This document shows positions 61,452 to 64,000 of a stretch of 64,000 bases of DNA, piece after piece (within the stretch, counting starts at the first letter, position 1; every line of letters begins with the position of its first letter). Location: assembly GCA_964234715.1 (NCBI GenBank), contig OZ174286.1; one strand, given 5' to 3'. The translations under genes and the position numbers were made by a program. Under the pieces are notes generated by a model. The model saw only the letters and a program-made list of their open reading frames with translations. It did not search any database and had not been told where the DNA came from. This stretch comes from Podarcis melisellensis. Its lineage: Eukaryota.

Positions 61452-64000
61452 GCGCGTCTAACAAATATGAAAATGTCGCTTTGTGAAGGGCACGCCTTGT
61501 TATTTAACAAAGACTGTCAATGTGTAAGATTAATAAGAAACAAAATGCGCCCGGTGTCACTTTTCGGTCACTTTGAAACTTGGGGCAGGCTTGCATTCAA
61601 GAGTGAAAGCTGGGTTAAATATATTCAAAATGCCTCGAATCAAATTCAAGCCAGGCTGCCGGGTGTCGCTCTCCACCGCCACCCCGCCTCCCCGCCCCCG
61701 CCCGCGTCTCTATTGCTTGCTCGCTCCCTCTCTCCCTCCCAGGCGCGTGGGCAAGTTGGAAAGTTTAATTGCATAGATTATCTATAAAAGCGTAAGCTAA
61801 GATTGCGATTCGCGCGCGCACACATCAATATTTACACTCTGAACTTGCTAGTCGGGGTTGGCACTCTCCGCTTATCCATTTACTTGGTTTGCTCCAGTTC
61901 TGAGACCGGCTCCTGTTTCTTGGGAACCTCGGATTTTATCTTGCCATCAACTTTCATTTCGGTCAGTCTTCCACGTTCTTCACTGGTTAGCTGCTAAACT
62001 TCAGCCTCCCCTGATCTGCGATGATGATGAGGTCTTGGTGCTGAAATCCCCCTCACTGAAATGTGTGTGGTTTTAAAAAAAAGATAGGCGATGCTCTGAA
62101 GCAGTTTCAGGAGGCCAGGGTTCAGGGTTCGGTGTAGGTTCGTTCCGGGATTTGCTCCGCGGAGCCATAAATCTCTGGAGGGAGCGGGAGGGGAGGCTGA
62201 ACGTGGAAACCGCCGCATATGAGATAACAACTTGGTGGTCTTGGCTGGGCTCTTGTTTATGATATGTAAACCGCAAAGACGAGGAACAGGCCCATCTCTG
62301 CAGCCTGATAGAATCCCATGGAGGTGGGGTGGGGTGGGGGGGGGGAGAGAAAGCCTGGCTGCTCCCGCAGCTGAGCAGTTTAGGTCACCTTGGAGATTTA
62401 CAGCCCCAGCTCTAGAATCGTATTCATTGCTTGTTGCAACTGAGCAAAGGAGACACCCAGTGGAAAGCTGACCAGGGGGAAACAGACCAGGCTCTGAGAT
62501 ACAATCAGGAGAGCTAATATTAAACAGCCCCTGGGACGTTCTCCGAAGGTAATAATCAGCAGACAAAAAGAGAGAGAAGGTACCTGCTTTCCTTGTTTTG
62601 TTGTGGTTTCTTTTCTTTTCTGTTTTGTTTTGGGGGAAAAAACCTGCGGTTTTGACGCTTGGTGGTTTTCTGGTATTTACTATCGCCCTCAGATGCAAGG
62701 GCACCGCTTTATCTCAAGGGAAATTGATAGTGTTTATGTCAGAGGTGCATCTTGCAGTGTGTCTGTGCCAGAATCGCACTGTCCATTTCAGCGTGTGCGA
62801 GAAAAGGGGGAGGGGAAAGCGAAACAAAACCCTGCGCCTTTGCTTTGGCCGTTTAACACCAACCATGGGCTTAATTGCTGCTGTTTGTTAGTGGCGAAAG
62901 ACCTCCCCAAAGGGGCAGCTTTGCATCCCGGTCTACTATTCCGTGAAACCATAAAACGGGACTGGAGCCGGTTGTCATTCCTACAAATGTCACAGGCGCG
63001 CAATCAGCGTTAAAAAGCCAAGTGTTGGATCCTGCTATTTGACTTCCGCATTGTCTGCGAGTGTTTTACGGCCTGCCACTCGCCAGTGGCATCATATTTG
63101 CTTCCACAGTGTATGGTGCATTCGAGAAAGCTTTGCATACATAGAATATCCACTGGAGACGTACAAGGTGTGGGGAGGGCTCTTGCCATTTCCAGGACGG
63201 AGGTATTTCCGATAGTATCTGGAAACCAGCACTTTTATTATTATTATTAATAGTATTATTACTATTATTGTTGTTATCGTGGAACAAGGTCTCAGCAGTT
63301 TAAGGGAGACGCACAGAGAAGAGGAAGGGAAATTCAACGAGAGCATAAAAACGGGACCTATTGAGCCCACTGACACACATTTATACACAAAGAATTGTAG
63401 CTGGTTAATCTAGATGCAATCGTCATCCACCTGAGCGCTATGAACGGTTGATACAACCGAAAAAGTCATCAGTCCACACTTCGAGTGAAATAATCACGAT
63501 GAGAATGAACACTCCTATTCTATGGATCTTTTTCTTAAAACTAAACTGGTTCTTTGGGAAGAGGGCAGAGCAGCATTTTATCAAGTTCCAAATTCTTATT
63601 ATTTTTAACTAATATTTATATTATATTAAATGGGTGTGTCCCTAAAGGCTCAAATATTAAAAAACGAAGGTGGGTCACTAGACCTACCAAGCGGTTGAAT
63701 TAATATATACTATCATAAAGGCTAGTTTAACGTCCAGATTTCAATTACCCCCCCTTGGTCAGGCCATCGCCTCCTTTTCCTTCCTGTCTTGTAAACGGAT
63801 CAATTTCCAGCAATCGTAACACAAGTCGTTAAGACTATTCACGACGCTCAACTGCAATGTTTACGGTACTTGTGAAAGATAACAGTGTATTCTGTTTTAA
63901 ATAACCAATTCCTCTCCCTTTCTCGCTTTCTCAAATGGAAATACTGTTTCCTGGGCACTAGATAGCTTTATTTATTTATTTAGGCATGTGAATGGGCTTA

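Noticed and set aside
61994-62704. 236-aa minus-strand ORF, plus the 167-aa plus-strand ORF at 61284-61787
   Set aside because: No recognisable family or coding-like composition; they overlap regulatory sequence and are most likely chance ORFs
54800-64000. miR-10 hairpin or HOXA4 coding sequence
   Set aside because: Neither TACCCTGTAGA nor a Hox4 N-terminus was seen; HOXA4 is presumably just beyond the window

Overview
Vertebrate HoxA cluster segment with all genes on the + strand in collinear order: HOXA11, HOXA10, miR-196 (HoxA copy), HOXA9, HOXA7, HOXA6, HOXA5. It then runs through the HOXA5-HOXA4 interval, which includes the DR5 RARE; HOXA4 lies beyond the window end. All six genes splice into intact two-exon ORFs with phase-1 GT-AG introns (337, 410, 261, 230, 235 and 312 aa). 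The host is probably a non-avian reptile, most likely a squamate. This is an inference from the non-mammalian miR-196 sequence, the protein sequences and many short palindromic MITE-like inserts. Notable non-coding structure: an exact 173-nt HOXA9T-type exitron; a stop/start-chained uORF relay into HOXA7 plus uORFs at A11, A10, A9 and A6; an upstream alternative HOXA10 exon reading ICKG where mammals have MCQG; five miR-196 seed sites in the HOXA7 3'UTR but a seed-mismatched site in HOXA5; three co-oriented CTCF motifs; a TTA-flanked hairpin MITE family, including tandem and nested copies; and two N-runs that appear to mask highly conserved elements rather than being true gaps. Comparisons to mammalian sequences are from recall and were not computed. 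I found no evidence for a wholly new protein-coding system.
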